A DNA stretch of 64,000 bases from Mobula hypostoma (lineage: Eukaryota). This document shows, piece after piece, positions 36,108 to 49,059 of this stretch. The translations under genes and the position numbers were made by a program. The first letter of the stretch is position 1. The number at the start of each line of letters is the position of its first letter. Where the stretch lies: NCBI RefSeq assembly GCF_963921235.1, contig NC_086108.1:85686001-85750000 (forward strand), read 5' to 3'. The notes under the pieces are model-generated. The model was not told where the DNA came from and ran no database searches. It worked only from the letters and a program-made list of their open reading frames with translations.

Positions 36108-37743
36108 CAGGTTTCCCCACCATCTGAAGGTAGAGCGTTCCTATGAAATGGTTCATAAGCCAGAATGTCATAAAGCGAAGAAGCAGTTACCATTTATATG
36201 GAAAAATTTGTGAGCGTTCGCAGACCCAAAAATAACCTACCACATCATGCCAAATAACACATAAAACTTAAAATAACAGTAACATATAGTAAAAGCAAGA
36301 ATGATATGATAAATGCACAGCCTATATAAAGTAGAAATACTTGTCTACAATTGTTGCCGCACTGTTCTCCGTAGCGAAAATCTCATGCAAGCACTTTCGG
36401 CAGAAACACGGCGCAAGTGCTCTCGGCAAAAACACTCTCCAGTAACCTTTAAGCTATAAAGCTGCCAAATCATACCAAATAACACATAAAAATACACAGC
36501 CTATAGAAAGTAGAAATAATGTATGTACAGTGTAGTATCACTTATCGGAATCCAGAAGACAGCGCCGAGCACACTGTTGATGGTGTGTTAGGCTGAGTCG
36601 TCAGAGGTTGGGGTGGTGCAGTGGCCCCCACCCTCCAGGCTGGGGAACAATACCAATCCGCGAAGCATGCAGCGGTACAGCGGTGGCCGCGACGCACCCA
36701 GCACATCTTTAAGAAAAAAGCCGAAATAAACAAGCTAATTAATGAGGTGCTGCCCAGCACATAAATGTTGGCCCAGATCAGAGGCGAGCGTAGCCTCTGA
36801 TCTGGGCCGACATTTACATGCCAGGCGGCACCTAATTAATTAGCTTGTTTATTTCGGCATTTTTTCTTAAAGATATGCTGGGTGAGTCCCGGCTACTGCT
36901 GCATTCTCCGCGGCAATGTATCGGTCCGCGGCCCGGTAGTTGGGGTGGTGGGACACTGAGGTGTCATCTCATCGTAGTCTGTTTCCATCAGGGCAGGCAG
37001 GTCATCTTCTTCTATGTCTGCCTGCCTCGATGTCGAAGGTCCAGGTTGGTCGTCTGCTGTGGCTGATGTGGAAGGTTTGCTTGACTGCTTAGCCTCGCAC
37101 ATTTTTCTATCATACAGTTCTTTGTAAGCACTCAAACTATCCTGCAGATATGCCCTAAACCGACGTATCCTTTCAAAATTAAAGTGGTACTTTATCATTG
37201 CAGCGAAAATCTCATGCAGTTGCTTTACGTTCAGTTCCTGGACGACTTCACTTTCGGTCCGTTCGCTACTGCATTTGGTTTCGATTGTTATCCTTTTCTC
37301 TTCCAATTGCATCAGCTCTTCATCTATCAGTTCTTGGTCATGGGATGCCAAAACCTCTTCAACATCATCTTCGTCAACTTCCACAAGCCAAACTCACTTT
37401 GTCCTTACTTCGTTCACCACGATCGAAACGCTTAATTATGTCTAGTTTTACGTTAAGTGTAACACCCTTACGAGCTCTTTTAGGCTTTTCCGATACCTGA
37501 GAACTCATCTTGCTAACGGCTGCTCACAGGCACGTGCTTACGCAATGCCGGCGAGAATACCGTTCCAAATTCGGGGGAGGAGCGGCTGCTTGGGGCGCAC
37601 ACTGCCTTTTATCGCGTGCTGCTTTTTTCGTAACAGTGAAAACACCTTCTGTTAGCGAAAACAGGTAACTAATATAACCAATGTAGGTCTTTCGTAACAG
37701 TGAGGTTTCGTAAAGTGAACGTTCGAAAAGTGGATGACACCTG
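36108..37743 (-). mobile_element. Tigger/pogo transposon, internally deleted (no DDE domain)
   Basis: TA|CAGG...CCTG|TA ends. The minus strand has SEKPKRARKGVTLNVKLDIIKRFDRGE (CENP-B-type HTH) joined to the acidic tail VDEDDVEEVLASHDQELIDEELMQLEE (ORF 36893..37384). Confidence 0.9.
36678..36900. repeat. Long imperfect palindrome inside the Tigger
   Basis: Arms of ~105-110 bp around a 7-nt loop GAGCGTA (36786-36792), e.g. GGCCCAGATCAGAGGC / GCCTCTGATCTGGGCC. Confidence 0.9.
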
Positions 37744-38964
37744 TACTTTACCAGGTCAAAAGGTATCCACTATGTCAATTGCCTACCATTGTTGCCACTC
37801 TTACTAGCCAATATTTCTCTTTTCCTTGTTCTCTTAACAGTTTTATGAAATGGCCCAACAAGCTCTCAGTTTTAGTGCAATTCGCAATTGGTAATACATG
37901 TTGGCCTTGATAACAATGCCTACATTCAACAAATCAGAAAGAAATTTCCCACAGGGGTTTGAACTATAACTTGAATATTTGATTGCTCCTGAGTGTTAAT
38001 CATACTATGAAGTATTAGTTTACAATTAGCAATGTCTAAATGGTATTTTCTGTGAGATTGACAGTGATAAGCTTGTTTTATTCTCTTTGCTTGCCTTAAT
38101 TTATTATTACTGTATAAAGAATTTTCTGTTACGGCTGACACGTATCACAAAATGTGTTTGACAATGTTAGCATAGGATAATTTCCAATTAGGAATTTGAT
38201 TATCTCCTACATCCTGAAAGGCAGAAGTACAGATGCAGCTTCATCAGGTTGACCTCCTGAATCAGTATAGAAACAATGGAAGCAAAGAGTAAAAAAATAA
38301 TATTGGGAAGGGAAAAAAAAGCTGACATTTTCAAATATTCTGTTTAGTTCTGAGTGAGATATCAGATCACTTTTATTGGTTAAGTGTCCTTTATTCCATT
38401 TATGGAAGCCCTCTCAAATTGTTAACCACTTCTATAATTTTTGAAGGCTTTTAAGTTTGCCTTTGTGGATCTCTGTCACTAAAAATGAAATGGAAATCAT
38501 GGAAGCACAATTTGTAGCACCCATTGTTTATTGATGTTTCTGCACTTGACTATCTGAAAATGTATTTTTTGTATTTCATCTATGTTTGAAAAAGAATTTT
38601 TGATGTGGGCTTTGAGAATTTAATTCCTCTAAGCTGCATGCAATGCCATGAGTTACCAATGAATTACTCTCCTAATATTCTCCACCACCTACCTTCAGGT
38701 GTTTCTTAAAGCCAATCTTAATCAGAATTTTGTTGTCTGCCCTGGTTTTTCTTGGTGTCAGGTTCAATTTCCTTGACGTTCCTTTGAATCACCATATGTA
38801 TAACATTTCACTTTCTACATTTAAGTACAATTTGTTGTTGAATCAGTGTTTGTTAGTTCTACATCCAGGAATTAAATTAATTTCCAGATTATCTATTCTA
38901 TTACTTTTAATAATCTCATTGTAATCAGCTCTCATGCTCATTTTAAGATGAAGAGTCTGCTCTG

Positions 38965-39425
38965 ATATTTGCTTATGGCTGACTTATTTTTCCTCTCAAC
39001 CCCATTTCTCTGCCTTCTCCCCAAAACCCTTGACACACTAATCACAAGAACCTATCAAAATCCACTTTAAATATGTGGCAGTGAATTCCATAGGTACACC
39101 GCCCTTTGACTAAAGAAATTATTTTTTTATTTCTGCTTTCAGGTTGTGACCTCTGGTTTTTAACTTTCCTACTACTGGAACATCATTTGTGCGTCTCGTC
39201 TATTGAGACATTTCAATATTAAGTAGGTTTCAATGGGATTTCCCCCTCAATCTAATAAACTTCAGCGAGTACAAATCCAGAGCCATTAAACTCTCCTCAT
39301 ATGTTAACCCCTTCATTTCTGGGATCATTCTCATAAACATGCTCTGGACCTTTTCAACGTCAGCATATCCTTTCTTAGGTATGCGCCCAAAACTGCTCTC
39401 AATACTCCTAAGGTGGTCTCACCCT
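38965..39425 (-). mobile_element. CR1 3' fragment
   Basis: Same subfamily signature as 33640-34480 and 62455-64000. Confidence 0.7.
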
Positions 39426-39605
39426 CAATGAACCATGGTACCATGTTTCATTTGCTTATCTTCTCATCTTCACAGGGAGCAACAATCTCAGATCCATTGG
39501 GCGTTGCCTCCAGTTTGGAGTTCATTTCTTGTTTCCTGGCAATTGGAATTCTAGTCAAGGTGCAGACAGAAGAGTTTGATCAGCAGCTTCACTTAACTGT
39601 TTTCA

Positions 39606-40278
39606 ATTAGATTATGAGGACACTCAGTCCTCGTTTATTGTCATTTAGAAATGCATGCATTAAAAAATGATACAATGTTCCTCCAGAATGATATCACAGA
39701 AACACAGGACAAACCAAGACTAAAACTGACAAAACCACATAATTGTAGCATATAGTTACAACAGTGCAAACCAATACCGTAATTTGATAAAGAGCAGACC
39801 ATGGGCACCATAAAAAAAAGTCTCAAAGTCCCGATAGCCTCATCATCTCACGCAGACAGTAGAAGGGAGAAACTCTCCCTGCCATGAACCTCCAAGCGCC
39901 GCAAACTTGCCGATGCAGCACCATTGGAAGCACCCGACCGCAGCGGACTCTGAGTCCGTCCGAAAACTTCTAGCCTCCGACCCAGCCCCTCCGACACAGC
40001 CTCTCCGAGCACCATCCTCTGCTGAGCGCTTCGACCCTGCCCCGGCTGCCAAGCAACAAGCAAAGCTGAGGACTCGGGGCCTTCCCCTCCGGAGATTCTG
40101 GATCACACAGTAGCAGCAGCAGCGAAACAGGCATTTCAGAAGTTTCACCAGATGTTCCTCTGTGCTCTCATGTCTGTCTCCATCAAATCAGGATTGTGCA
40201 CGGCACCCTACTTGACAAATAACAGACATCACCACCGGAGTGGCTGCTGCGAGCTGCGTTGCGCCGCCATCTTCTCCT
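39606..40278 (-). mobile_element. Non-autonomous retroelement, copy 2 (longer version of 10574-11187)
   Basis: Same AAGATGGCGGC head and AATAAA / GAGGAC-n5-GTCCTC / TAATC tail. Retains a ~50-bp block missing from copy 1. Confidence 0.8.
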
Positions 40279-40439
40279 TTTTATTTTGATGAAGTAAGTT
40301 ATACTCTGGTATTGCTCTGTAAGGGTCAGCAGTCATATAACAAGGAAATGGAGACTTTAGCTGATCATCAGACACCTATTTCCATTCATTTTATCATCCT
40401 CACATTTCCATCAGCTCACACCCAGATTCTACCATCACC

Positions 40440-40605
40440 CACACGTTAGGGGCAATTTTCAATCACCAATTTTTCTCCCAATCCCCATGATTGTAGCACC
40501 TGGTGAAGCACAATCATTCGCAGGAAGATGTAAACTCCACACAGATTGCACCCACAGGTCATGATTGAGCCTGGGTCACTAGAGTTGTTGAGGCAACAGA
40601 ACTAC
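40440..40605 (-). mobile_element. Degenerate tRNA/V-SINE
   Basis: 'ggggcaatttt..caatt', 'aaactccacacaga' and 'attgagcctgggtcact' (antisense B box). Confidence 0.45.
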
Positions 40606-40789
40606 TCGCCGAGCCACTGTATGGTCATGTTCAGAATCTGGTAAACTATAATACATCTGACATCCTTGGCTAACGTGACCACAGCTCGTATCTCACTTTG
40701 TTTTGAATGTTCTGTACCCTTCTCCCATTTTCTCCGTTTCTGTCGCAACTTTTCTAGTGATGCTGCTTCCATACCTGAGAAAAATGATA

Positions 40790-41300
40790 TTTGCAGCACA
40801 GAAATCGGAGATAATAGCCACTTCTAACAACTGCCTATCTCGGACATTCTATTGTTAGCATCAGATTCAGCGTCATGGGGAAGGGAAGGGTGTCATCACC
40901 ATTGACCGGAAACTCAACTGGACCAGCCATGTAAATAAAGAGCACGTCAGTGTCTACGTAGCTCACGGTGAGTAATTCTTGAGACCCCAAGAACGTCTGG
41001 CATGATGGAGTACACACCACTTCAATGGAAAAAGATCCAAAGATATCCGAGAAGCTCAAGACCACCCAGAAGCAAACAATCTAATTGACAGACAGTCTAT
41101 CCACCTGCACAGAATTTCTACCTCCTTCACCACCAGCATACAGTGACCACAATTTGTAATGTTTGCAAACTGCATTGCAGTTATTTGCCTAGGCTACTCT
41201 GGTAGCACCTCTCAAGCTCACCCCTTGCACCAAGAGGCACAGGCACAGCTGGTTCATTGTAATACAGCTCCTTACAATCGCCCCTGTAAGCTGCACATCA
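40790..41300 (+). mobile_element. Ancient L2/Crack-type LINE 3' fragment
   Basis: Degenerate 'ATGATGGAGTAC' (MEY) and 'ctccttcaccacc' (SLHH) blocks. Confidence 0.4.
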
Positions 41301-41394
41301 ATCTGTCTTTACCTCGTCACTGTGTTTACTCCTGATCCAACCATGTTGTTGGAGTACCTGCACTAGAAGGACAGAAGCAACAATGAAACCCGAA

Positions 41395-41720
41395 GTATTG
41401 CTGCAAGTAAAACACAGAAAGTGCTGGTAATGTTCAATAACAGCACCAATATCTGTGGAGAAATTAATCAAAGTTAATGCTTCGGGTCTGTGACCTTTCA
41501 TTAGAACTGAGACTAAAGGCGCATTTTAAGCTGCAGAGAAGTGGGTGGGATGGAAAGAATCAAAGGAATGTCTGAGAGGATCCAGAAGGCATAGATGCTG
41601 TTAGCGTTGTGGGAGACAGTGAAGCTTTGCTGCTCATAGCAGATCTGCCTGGAGGAAGTGTATACCGGGAACTGAATGAAGCAGTGGACAGTAAACATGC
41701 TGGAACGGTGAGATGCAGAA
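41395..41720 (-). mobile_element. Degenerate Penelope pLTR / 3' fragment
   Basis: The minus strand at 41477-41505 reads CTAATGAAAGGTCACAGACCCGAAGCATT; 'aacacagaaagtgctgg' arm. Confidence 0.5.
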
Positions 41721-42005
41721 CACAGTAGTTGCTGAAACCTTGAAATGAAAGAGAATAATATTTAGTAAAAGAGAATAGCACTTCCAGTTGAATTTTGAAC
41801 TTTTTGAATGTGGGTAATACCGAGTTATAACCACCATCTGTGGAGAGAAAAATAGTGCCAATCTTCCAGCACGTTAGCCTGTTCTATGATGATATCACAT
41901 TTGTCAAGAACCTTCTCACTGGTGAATACTAAAGCAAGGTATTCATTAAGGACCTCTTCTACCTCTTCCCACTTCAGGCATGATTCCTCCTTTATCCCTG
42001 ACCGG

Positions 42006-44977
42006 TTTTACGCCTTGAATGCAATTTCATGAAGCACAGCTCGCTGGATACAATTAAATATTCCCGTTTTAGCTTGATACAGCTGAGAATCACAACTGCT
42101 TTCAAGGTCTGTACAGTTAATAAAGATGCCTTAATAGAATAGAATAATCTATTGCTACTTAAATCTGATGGAAACAATGCCAACTGTGGCTGTACTTCTC
42201 GCTGGCCCTCATAGGAAATTTGGCTGCTGATCAGAGGTACAAGTGTGTTTCAGAAAACGTGGTTTTCACTCACTATACCTACTATCTTGGTGGCAAATGT
42301 ACAGTCTCTAGTAAATGAAATCGAAGATCTTAGAGCTAGCGTGCTGTATCAGAGCGATATTAGGACTACTTGCGTCCTTTGTTTCAAGGAATCCTGGTTA
42401 ACCCCTTCCTTACCGGACACTGCAATCCAGTTTGACGAGTTTACTATACACCATCAAGATAGGATTGTCGAGTCTCTCAAAAGCAGAGATGGAGGTGTAT
42501 GCCTCATGATCAACTCCCGGTGCACAGATCTATTAATGTTGTTCCAGTTCTGCTTATCCGTCCTGGAATATCTCACGATTAAGTGCTGTTCATTTTACCT
42601 GCTGAGGGAGATTTCTGCAATCACTTTGGTAGCTGTGTACATTGAACTTCAGGCCAATGTCAGACAGGCTCCGGATGATTTGAGCAATGGAGTCAACATG
42701 CACAAAACAGCACACCCTGATTCCTTCACCATCATTTTGGAGGATTTTAATCGGGCCAACTTGAAAAAGGTCACTAAATAATTACCATCAACAAATCACT
42801 TGGAGCAATGGAAGCTACAAGTAGCAAAGGAAGCAACACACTGGATTGTTGTTACACTAAGATCAACAGTGCTTACTGTGCTATTCCACGCCCACACTTT
42901 GGAAAGTCTGATCACCTGGCTGTACTTCTACTCCCCGAGTATAGGCAGAGACTGAAGACTGCAGCACCAATAGTGAGGACCAGGAAGGTATGGAGAAGGA
43001 AGGCTCAGGAGAGCTTACAGGGCCATGTTGAATTGGTGGAGTGGACTATGTTCAGGGATTCATCTTCGAATCTGGATGAAAATGCCACAGTTGTTACTGA
43101 CTTCATTAAAACCGGTGTGGATGAGTGTTTGCCTATGAAAACTTGCTGTACGTTCCCAAACCAAAAGCCGTGGATGAACCAGGAGGTTCATCACCTGCTG
43201 TGGGCTACATCTGTGGCATTTAAGTCTGGCAACCCAGGTCTGCACAAGAAGACCAGGAATGACTTACGGAGGGCTATTTCAAGAGCAAAGAAACAATTCA
43301 GAGTGAAGTTGGAGGTGACGTTGGATGCACATCGACTCTGGCAGGGTTTGCAGGACATTACTTGCTGACAGTAATGCCTCACTACCAGATGAGCTCAATG
43401 CCGTCAATGCCCGCTTTGAAAGGGAGAACATAACTACAGCTGTGAAGATCCCTGCTGCAGCTGGTGACCTTGTGATCTCTGTCCTGGAGGCCGATGTCTT
43501 TCAGGAGAGTGAACCCTTGCAAGGCGACAGGCCCTGATGGAGTACCTGGTAAGGCTCTGAAAACTTGTGTCAACCAACCGGCAGGAGTATTCAAGGACAC
43601 TTTCAATCTCTCACTGGTATGGTCAGAAGTTCCCACCTGCTTCAAAAAGGCAACAATTATACCAGTGCCTAAGAAGAGTAGTGTGAGCTGCCTTAATGAC
43701 CATCACCCAGTAGCATGCAGATCTACAGTGATTGAAATCATTGAGAAGTTGGTCATGGCTAGAATGAACTCCTGCCTCAGCAGGGACCAGGACCCACTAC
43801 TATTTGACTATCGCCACAATAGATCTACAACAGATGAAATTTCAATGTCTCTTCATACAGCCTTAGACCACCTGGACAATACAAACACCAATGTCAAGAT
43901 GCTATTTGTTGACTATAGTTCAGCATTTAACACCATCATTCCCTCAGTCCTAATTGATAAGCTGCAGAATCTGGGCCTCTGCAATTGGATACTCCACTTC
44001 CTAACTGGAAGATCACAATCTATGTGGATTGGTGATAATATCTCTTCTTCACTGATGATCAACTCCAGAGCACCTCGGGCGTGTGTTTAGCCCACTGCTC
44101 TACTCCCTCAATACCTATGACTGTGTGGATATGTATAGCTCAAATACTACTCATAATTTTGCTAATGATTCAAGCATTATTAATAGAATCTCAGATGGTG
44201 ATGAGAGGGCGTACAGGAACAAGATATACCAGCTAGTTGAGTGGTGTCGCAGCGACAACCTTGCACTCAAAGTCAGAAAGATGAAAGGGCTGATGGTGGA
44301 CTTCTGGAAGTCTGAGATTAGGGAACACAAACCAGTCCTGGTTCCTGGTTCTCTGAGGATCTAACCTGGTTGCAACATATCAATGCAGCTATAAAGAAGT
44401 ACAAGACAGTGGCTATATTTCATTTGGAGTTTGAAGAGATTTGCTTTGTCATCAAAAATGCTCAAATTTCTATAGATGTACCATAAAGAGCATTCTGACA
44501 GGCTGCATCACTGTCTGGTATGGGGGTGGGGGGTGTTTACTGCACAAGATCATAAAAAGCTATAGGAAATTGTAAAATAAGTCAGCTCCATCTGGGTACT
44601 AGTTTCCATAGTATCCAAGACATCTTCAGGAAGCGGTGCCCCAGAAAGGCGATGCCCCATTAGCCTGGGAGTGCTCTCTTCTCATTGTTACCATCAGGAA
44701 GTAAGTACAGAAGCTAGGAGGTACTCATTCAACGATTCAGGAACAGCTTCTTCTCCTCTGCCATATGATTCCTAAATGGACATTGAACCCATGAACACCA
44801 CCTCTTTTTTTTAATATATATTATTTCTGTTGTTGCAGTATTTATATAATCTATTTAATATACATATATACACTTACTGTTTTATTTATTTATTTTTTCA
44901 TTCCTGTCGTGTATTGCATTGTACTGCTGCTGCTAAGTTAACAAATTTCATGACACATGCCAATGCTTCTGATTCTG
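42006..44977 (+). mobile_element. Near-full-length degenerate Rex1/Babar LINE (APE + RT)
   Basis: ORFs 42245..42781 (ILVANVQSL..ESWL..DFN), 42808..43368 (FGKSDH..PNQKPW), 43494..44090 ([17 protein letters not shown]) and 44083..44364. (TCTGAT)n tail. Confidence 0.9.
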
Positions 44978-45207
44978 ATCCTATCCTCAGTCTAGTGATC
45001 CTCCTGTTCTTCATATACATGTAAGAGACCTTGGAGTTTTCCTTAATTCTACTTGCCAAGGCTTTCTTATGTTCCCTTCTAGCTACCCTAAGTCCCTCCT
45101 TAAGCTCCTTCCTGGCTACCTTGTACCCCTCTAGAGATCTGTTTGATCTTTGCTTCCTAAACCTTAAGCAAGCTTCCTTCTTCCTTTTGACTAAATGTTC
45201 CACTTGA

Positions 45208-46449
45208 CCCACACTGGACCCCTACAATTCGCCTACCTACACAACTGATTGACAGATTACGCAATAGCCACAACTCTACACACCGTCCTTACACATCTGG
45301 AGAAGAAGGATGCTTATGTGAGAATGCTGTTCTTGGACTACAGTTCAGCATTCAACACCATAATTCCCTCCAGGCTCGACAAGAAGCTCAGTGACCTCGG
45401 CCTTCACCCTGCCTTGTGCAGCTGATCTTGGACTTCCTGTCAGATCGCCGGCAGGTGGTATGAATGGGCTCCCTCACCTCTGCCCCTCTGACCCACAATA
45501 CAGGAGTCCCCCAGGGCTGTGTCCTAAGCCCCCTCTTTTACTCTCTGTATACCCATGACTGTGTTGCCACCCACAGCTCCAATCTGCTAATTAAATTTGT
45601 TGACGATACTGCATTGATTGGCCTTATCTCAAATAATAACGAGGCAGCCTACAGAGAGGAAGTTATCACCCTGACACAGCGGTGTCAAGAGAAACACCTC
45701 TCCCTCAATGTTACAAAAAAAAAGAGGCTGGTTGTGGACTACAGGAGGAATGGAGATAGGCTAGCCCCTATTGACATCAATGAATCTGGGATTGAGAGGG
45801 TGAACAGCTTTAAGTTCCTCAGCGTTTACGTCACCGAGGATCTCACATGGTCTGTACATACCGGCTGTGTGGTGAAAAAAAGCACAACAGCGCCTCTTTC
45901 ACCTCAGGTGGTTGAAGAAATTTGGCATGAGTCCCCAAATCCTAAGGACATTCTACAGGGGCACAATTGAGAGGATCCTGACTGGCTGCATCACTGCCTG
46001 GTATGGGAACTGTAATTCCCTCAATCGCAGGACTGTGCAGAGAGTGGTGCGGACAGCCCGGCACATCTGTAGATGTGAACTTCCCATGATTCAGGACATT
46101 TACAGAGACAGATGCGTAAAAAAGGGCCTGAAAAATCATTGGGGACCTGAGTCACCCCAACCACAAACTGTTTCAGCTGCTACCATCTGGGAAACGGTAC
46201 CACAGCGTTAAAGCCAGGACCAACAAGCTCCGGGACAGCTTTTTCCACTAGGCCATTAGACTGATTAATTCATGCCGATACAATTGTATTTGTATGCTAT
46301 ATTGACTGACCTGTTGTTCATGCTATTTATTACAAATTACTATAAATTGCACATTTAGATGGAGACACAACATAAAGATTTTTACTCCTCATGTATGTGA
46401 AGGATGTAAGAAATAAAATCAATTCAATGCACAAAATGCAATTCAATTC
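45208..46449 (+). mobile_element. Rex1/Babar LINE, 5'-truncated
   Basis: ORF 45464..45970 GVPQGCVLSPLFYSLYTHDC..KFVDDT and 45912..46211. AATAAA plus (ATTCA)n tail. Confidence 0.9.
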
Positions 46450-46811
46450 TTGTCAACCATGGTTCCTTCACCCTGCCATCCTTCCTCTGTCTCAGTGGGA
46501 CAAACCAATCCAGAACTTCATGTAGGTAGTCCCTAAACAACCTCCACTTTTCCATTGTGCATTTTTCAGAGTATGTCCATTTGCTATTTATGCTCCCAAG
46601 TTCCAGCCTTTTAGCATCAAAGTTTGCCCTCCCTTAATTGCTCTGCTCCTATCCCTTCCCATGGCCATAGTAATGTTCAGGGAGTTGAGGTCATTGTCTC
46701 CAAAGTGCTCTCCCACTGAGAGATCTGTCACCTGACCTGGTTCACTGCCAAGTACCAGATCCAGTATGGATTTTCCTTTAGTCAGTCTGTCTACATATGT
46801 CAAATCCTTCC

Positions 46812-48603
46812 ATAGAACTATAGAACCATAGAAACTACAGCAGAGAAACAGGCCCTTTGGCCCTTCTTGGCTGTGCCGAACCATTTTCTGGCTAGTCCCA
46901 CTGACCTGCACACGGACCATATCCCTCCATACACCTCCCATCCATGTATCTGTCCAATTTATTCTTAAATGTTAAAAAAGAACCCACATTTACCACCTCG
47001 CCTGGCAGCTCATTCCATACTCCCACCACTCTCTGTGTGAAGAAGCGCCCCCTAATGTTCCCTTTAAACTTTTCCCCCCTCACCCTTAACCCATGTCCTC
47101 TGGTTTTTTTCTCCCCTTGCCTCAGTGGAAAAAGCCTGCTTGCATTCACTCTATCTATACCCATCATAATTTTATATACCTTTATCAAATCTCCCCTCAT
47201 TCTTCTACGCCCCAGGGAATAAAGTCCTAACCTATTCAACCTTTCTCTGTAACTGAGTTTCTCAAGTCCCGGCAACATCCTTGTAAACCTTCTCTGCACT
47301 CTTTCAACCTTATTTATATCCTTCCTGTAATTTGATGACCAAAACTGAACACAATACTCCAGATTCTGCCTCACCAATGCCTTATACAACCTCATCATAA
47401 CATTCTAGCTCTTATACTTAATACTTCGATTAATAAAGGCCAATGTACCAAAAGCTCTCTTTACGACCCTATCTACCTGTGACGACACTTTTAGGGAATT
47501 TTATATCTGTATTCCCAGATCCCTCTGTTCCACTGCACTCCTCAGTGCCTTACCATTAACCCTGTATGTTCTACGTTGGTTTGTCCTTCCAACGTGCAAT
47601 ACCTCACACTTGTCAGTATTAAACTCCATCTGCCATTTTTCAGCCCATTTTTCCAGCTCGTCCAAGTCCCTCTGCAGGCTCTGAAAACCTTCCTCACTGT
47701 CTACTACAACTCCAATCTTTGTATCATCAGCAAACTTGCTGATCCAATTTACCACATTATCATCCAGATCATTGATATAGATGATAAATAACAATGGACC
47801 CAGCACTGATCCCTGTGGCACACCACTAGTCACAGGCCTCCACTCAGAGAAGCAATTCTCTACCACCACTCTCTGCTTCTTCCATCGAGCCAATGTCTAA
47901 TCCAATTTACCACCTCTCCTTGTATATCTAGCGACTGAATTTTCCTAACTAACCTCCCATGCGGGACCTTGTCAAAGGCCTTACTGAAGTCCATGTAGAC
48001 AATATCCACTGCCTTCCCTTCATCCACTTTCCTGGTAACCTTCTCGAAAAACTCCAACAGATTGGTCAAACATGACCTACCACGCACAAAGCCATGTTGA
48101 CTCTCCCTAATAAGCCTCTGTCTATCCAAATGCTTGCAGATTCTGTCTCTTAGTACTCCCTCCAATAACTTACCTACTACTGACGTTAAACTCACCGGCC
48201 TATAATTTCCCGGATTACTTTTCGATCCTTTTTTAAACAACGGAACAACATGAGCCACTCTCCAATCCTCCGGCACTTCACCTGTAGACAGCGACATTTT
48301 AAATAGTTCTGCCAGGGCCCCCGCAATTTCATCACTAATCTCCTTCAAGGTCCGAGGGAACACTCTGTCAGGTCCCGGGGATTTATCCACTTTAATTTTC
48401 CTCAAGACAGCAAGCACCTGCTCCTTTTCAATCGATACAGTTTCCATGGTCTCACTACTTGATTCCCTCAAGTTCATAGATTTCATGCCAGCTTCCTTAG
48501 TAAATACAGACGCAAAAAACCTATTTAAGATCTCCCCCATTTCCTTTGGTTCCGCACAAAGCCGACCACTCTGCTCTTCAAGAGGAGCAATTTTATCCCT
48601 TAC
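46812..48603 (-). mobile_element. Young CR1 LINE, 5'-truncated
   Basis: ORFs 47860..48636, 47501..47893 (SGVPQGSVLGP..SKFADDTK) and 46892..47398. Approximate TSD AATCCTTCC / AATCCCTTCC. Confidence 0.95.
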
Positions 48604-49059
48604 AATCCCTTCCTGGACACACCTAAAAAATTCCACTCCATCTATGCCTTTTGCACTCAGGAGGTGCCAATCAATATTAGGGTAGCTGATCCCCTCTAGG
48701 ACAACAACTCTGTTATTTTTGCATCTTTCCAGAACCTGTCGATCGGCTTCTCAGTGTCCTTGAGGCTATTTGGAGGTTCAAAAGAGTGATTGCTCCCTTC
48801 CTGTTTCTGACTTCCATCCACACTGACTCAGCAGATAATCCCTCCATGATGTCTTCCCTTTCTACAGCTGTGATACTATCTCTCATTAGCATTGCCACGT
48901 CCCACCTCCTTTACTGCCCTCTCGTCCCTTTAGAAACATTTAAAACCCAGAAAATCCAGCAGCCATTCCTAGTCTCTGTAACGGCCCCAACGTTGTAGTT
49001 CCACATTCGAAGTTCATCACCCTTGTTCCTGGTACTTCTTGCATTAAAGTAGTTTGAAC

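Larger units (their letters stand above)
41920..49050 (-). mobile_element. Old CR1 host in four pieces (41920-42005, 44978-45207, 46450-46811, 48604-49050)
   Basis: The pieces are collinear CR1 EN/linker sequence: ORF 48713..48898 (VWMEVRNRKG), 46588..46941 (ILDLVLG.EPGQV..EHFGDND) and 44898..45212 (EGYKVARKELK..ALASRIKEN). Confidence 0.75.

Noticed and set aside
40697..40774. Minus-strand exon candidate GMEAASLEKLRQKRRKWEKG
   Set aside because: The acceptor is plausible but the donors are weak, it is wedged between old repeats, and I found no partner exons on that strand.
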